Under the pieces are notes generated by a model. The model made no database searches, was not told the origin of the DNA, and saw nothing but the letters and a program-made list of their open reading frames with translations. From NCBI GenBank assembly GCA_964234715.1, contig OZ174284.1: 64,000 nucleotides of DNA. One strand, 5' to 3'. This DNA is from Podarcis melisellensis. Lineage: Eukaryota. A program made the translations under genes and the position numbers. Below, one piece after another: positions 61,116 through 64,000 of the stretch; position 1 is the first letter of the stretch; each line of letters opens with the position of its first letter.

Positions 61116-62797
61116 GAAGTAAGTTGAACTACTTTCAATGCAGCATGTTTATAGTTACTGGTATTTAGAACGATGGGCAAGAAAGTGGCAGTGAAGGTAT
61201 TGAAAAGCAACATGACACTTTAACTGAGCATTCCTATAAATGTTTCATCCCCACTGATTTCAATGTTACTTAGACACATATGCATAGGATTGAACCCTGA
61301 AGCTCCCATGTATGGTTTTATGCACAAGTGGTGGTGGTGGGAACACATTAATCAGTTCCATGTATTGAAATGAATGAGGAAACCCTTTTAGGTTGGGAAG
61401 TTCTGATTTGCATGCTCGGGGGGGTGGGAATCACTGGAGTGGACTGGGTGACAGGTAACAACAGCCCAAGTATGTGACTGATAATGAACACATACATAGG
61501 TTTTTGTTCCCTATATTATCTTCCATGCTGCCACAAATTTGCAACTTGGTGCTTTAGTAGGGAAGCAACTAAACTGGAGTGTGGGAACCCTTCACAGCAC
61601 ATGGATCTAACATGTATGCTTATGGGTTGAAATTGTTTATCCTGATCCAGTAGTTTCCAGCTTGTTCCAGACGTTAGCCGCACACGGAAGTCCAGTTTCC
61701 AGAAGGATTTCCACTTTAATTTCAATAGATTGAGTTAGTTCATTGCTCATATTTCTTGGTATGCACATATTGGTTCCTGTTGAAATCAATTGAGACTTTA
61801 ATGGCACCACAGCATACATGGAATTCTGGATTAGAATGATTTTATGCCGGATGGGTGTACTCCTTTTTCACGAACGTCTTGGAGCTTTAGAGTATCATGT
61901 AGAAGTGAGAATATTTACATCTGAGGAGAGGGATATTTCTGTTATGAGATCTAAGTTGCTAGCATATAGGTTTCTGAATCTTTTGAGACTAACTAAGGCT
62001 ATATGCTTTGTTCAATCTTCACAAGTGATTATACTGTATATTTCAATGTGAAATAAGAAAAAGCCCTTTTCTAATATTCATTATTGAAAACAATTTTCCT
62101 CTCTTCTATGGAAGAATGACACATTGAATAATACATTGCAATAAAAGCGCATAAATATTGAAGGGGGAATGTTAGCAAAAACTGAGCTTTTTCAGTATAT
62201 ACCATTGGCAAGTACAGGTATATGTCTGCACTTCATATATAAATCCTTTGAAATTTCTTCCAAACCATCAATAATTCCAGATCATTATCCAACTACTTCA
62301 TGCATTATTTTTTCCAGTGTTTCTGAATTGGGAAGCTTCTGGCTTCAGGTACTATCAAGGGAAGAGAACTACATAGTACTTTATGAATGCTAAAATTGCC
62401 TGATTGGTCTGCAAAGATATAAAGGTTTGCTAAATAAAAAATATATTATGAGGGATTATGTCACACATGAAAAACATGATAATGATGTACAAATTTAAAT
62501 TAACAAATTTGTTCAGTGGTATCTCCTGGAACATGCAGATTTTGTCTTCCAACACGCAGGAAAAGAGTAGCATGGGAGTCATAGGTCTGCAGTAGTGGCT
62601 GGTGAGGGGGCAAGGGTTGGGCACAATTGCTCTCCTGGCTTCCCAACAAAGCAAGTTACTGGCACTCGCCAAGTGAGAGAGGAGAGGGGTGAGTCAAGAG
62701 GCGCTTGCCCAGCTGTACAGCACATAACAGTGGAGCAAATCCAACATTTCTACTGCCATACACAACACTGGGTCAAGCCCCCTTTGCCTCATCCTTC

Positions 62798-62888
62798 CCC
62801 TCTCCCTCTCCCTCTCCCTCTCCCTCTCCCTCTCCCTCTCCCTCTCCCTCTCCCTCTCCCTCTCCCTCTCCCTCTCCCTCTCCCTCTC
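62798..62888. repeat. (CCCTCT)n hexanucleotide microsatellite
   Basis: About 15 perfect units. This explains the PL/PS/RE repeat ORFs. Confidence 0.95.
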
Positions 62889-64000
62889 AGTAAGGACCAG
62901 GGTCCCCTTCACATACTTTACCCTCTGCTACTTTAGACAACTGACCACTATGTCACTCTCTTGCCATTTATGCTCACTAATGAAGCATTGTTGCTTTCAC
63001 ATCCAAATTTAAATAATTTATTCCAGTAGTCAGTGTTGTTGTTTACACCAGAGTCAGCGTTAGAAACTTAAACCTAGGTGATCTTTTTAAATAACAAGAA
63101 TACAAAGCAGGAAATGAATGAACTGCAGCTAAAATGTTATGTTCATTTTTTACATGGTCTATAGTCCTTCCCCTGCCCACTCCTCTAATATTCTTAAGAG
63201 GATCTCTTCTCCAGTCTTTAGAGAATAGCTGGGAAGGCAGAAAAAGGTCCTCCTTTCTTTCCACTCTGCAGTTTTAAACCAAAATCTTAGGCACAGTACT
63301 GCTCCCAGAGCTCAGAAACTGCTCACGCTAACGAAATTCCCTCTCGCAAAATGCATGTAGAAAAATGGGAGTTTCGAACACTGCCAGTAGTCTATAATAT
63401 AACAGATGCTGTTCTTGTCATTATATTCATATCCAAAAGCATTTGAGGTATGTTGCTTTTTTCAAATGCATACTTTATTGGAGAGCTCACGAAAGCAACC
63501 CATAAACATTATACATATTTCTTATGCATTAGGAAACATGAGATGCTTCTCAACTATTGTCACATTGCCTTTGGAGTTTTAGACTTCCTTTAGAATTGTG
63601 CCATTCTGTAGTTACATGCTTAATCAAGTACAGCTAAAACAACAATACAGAACATATTAATTTATTGTTACCACACAAGAACTGGAAATAGCCTCCTGGC
63701 AGTGCATTTATGCTATCTCTTGAGATTAATAAAGCATTCATGTAATAACATGTTGATTTAACTGCACAAATGTCACTGACTGACCCTTCATTTGGGATTA
63801 ATGACCCCCTTTCTGAGCACAATTGAGTTCATATTTACAACAGTGCTGTGTTTTATCTATGCGATTTTCATAAACATCAGTCAGTTGGTAGCCACCAAAA
63901 ACTTTCTTAACTTGTGGCCTTTGAAATAAGTGCCACTGAAATCTATGGACACATTTTTCTAGGACTAAAGGCTAACTAGTTGGTTGGGGTTTTTTTAAGG

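Noticed and set aside
62595-62936. ORFs with PL/PS/RE dipeptide repeats
   Set aside because: These are translations of the (CCCTCT)n microsatellite.
176-63822. The remaining 60-130-aa ORFs as host genes
   Set aside because: They have no recognisable domains or consistent exon structure. Many overlap SINEs, MITEs or microsatellites, and their number fits random expectation. A small unrecognised exon cannot be excluded.

Overview
This is repeat-rich, non-coding vertebrate DNA, almost certainly from a squamate and probably a lacertid lizard (Podarcis-type Sauria SINEs, BovB, L2, CR1, Penelope-like elements, hAT and Tc1/mariner MITEs). I recognise no host protein-coding exon, so it is probably a long intron or gene desert. 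Every convincing ORF is retrotransposon-derived. Highlights: (1) 11794-14135 holds two very young Penelope-like (Poseidon-type, GIY-YIG) insertions in tandem inside a (TA)n microsatellite. Each has an inverted pseudo-LTR, giving four minimal hammerhead-ribozyme motifs and nested long palindromes. (2) 33782-37006 is a full-length BovB (RTE) LINE with a 12-bp TSD and two compensating 1-bp frameshifts. Its first ~128 nt can be folded by hand into an HDV-like ribozyme pseudoknot that starts at the element boundary. (3) There are several nested or TSD-flanked insertions and candidate conserved non-coding blocks. Family names come from motif recognition, not database searches.
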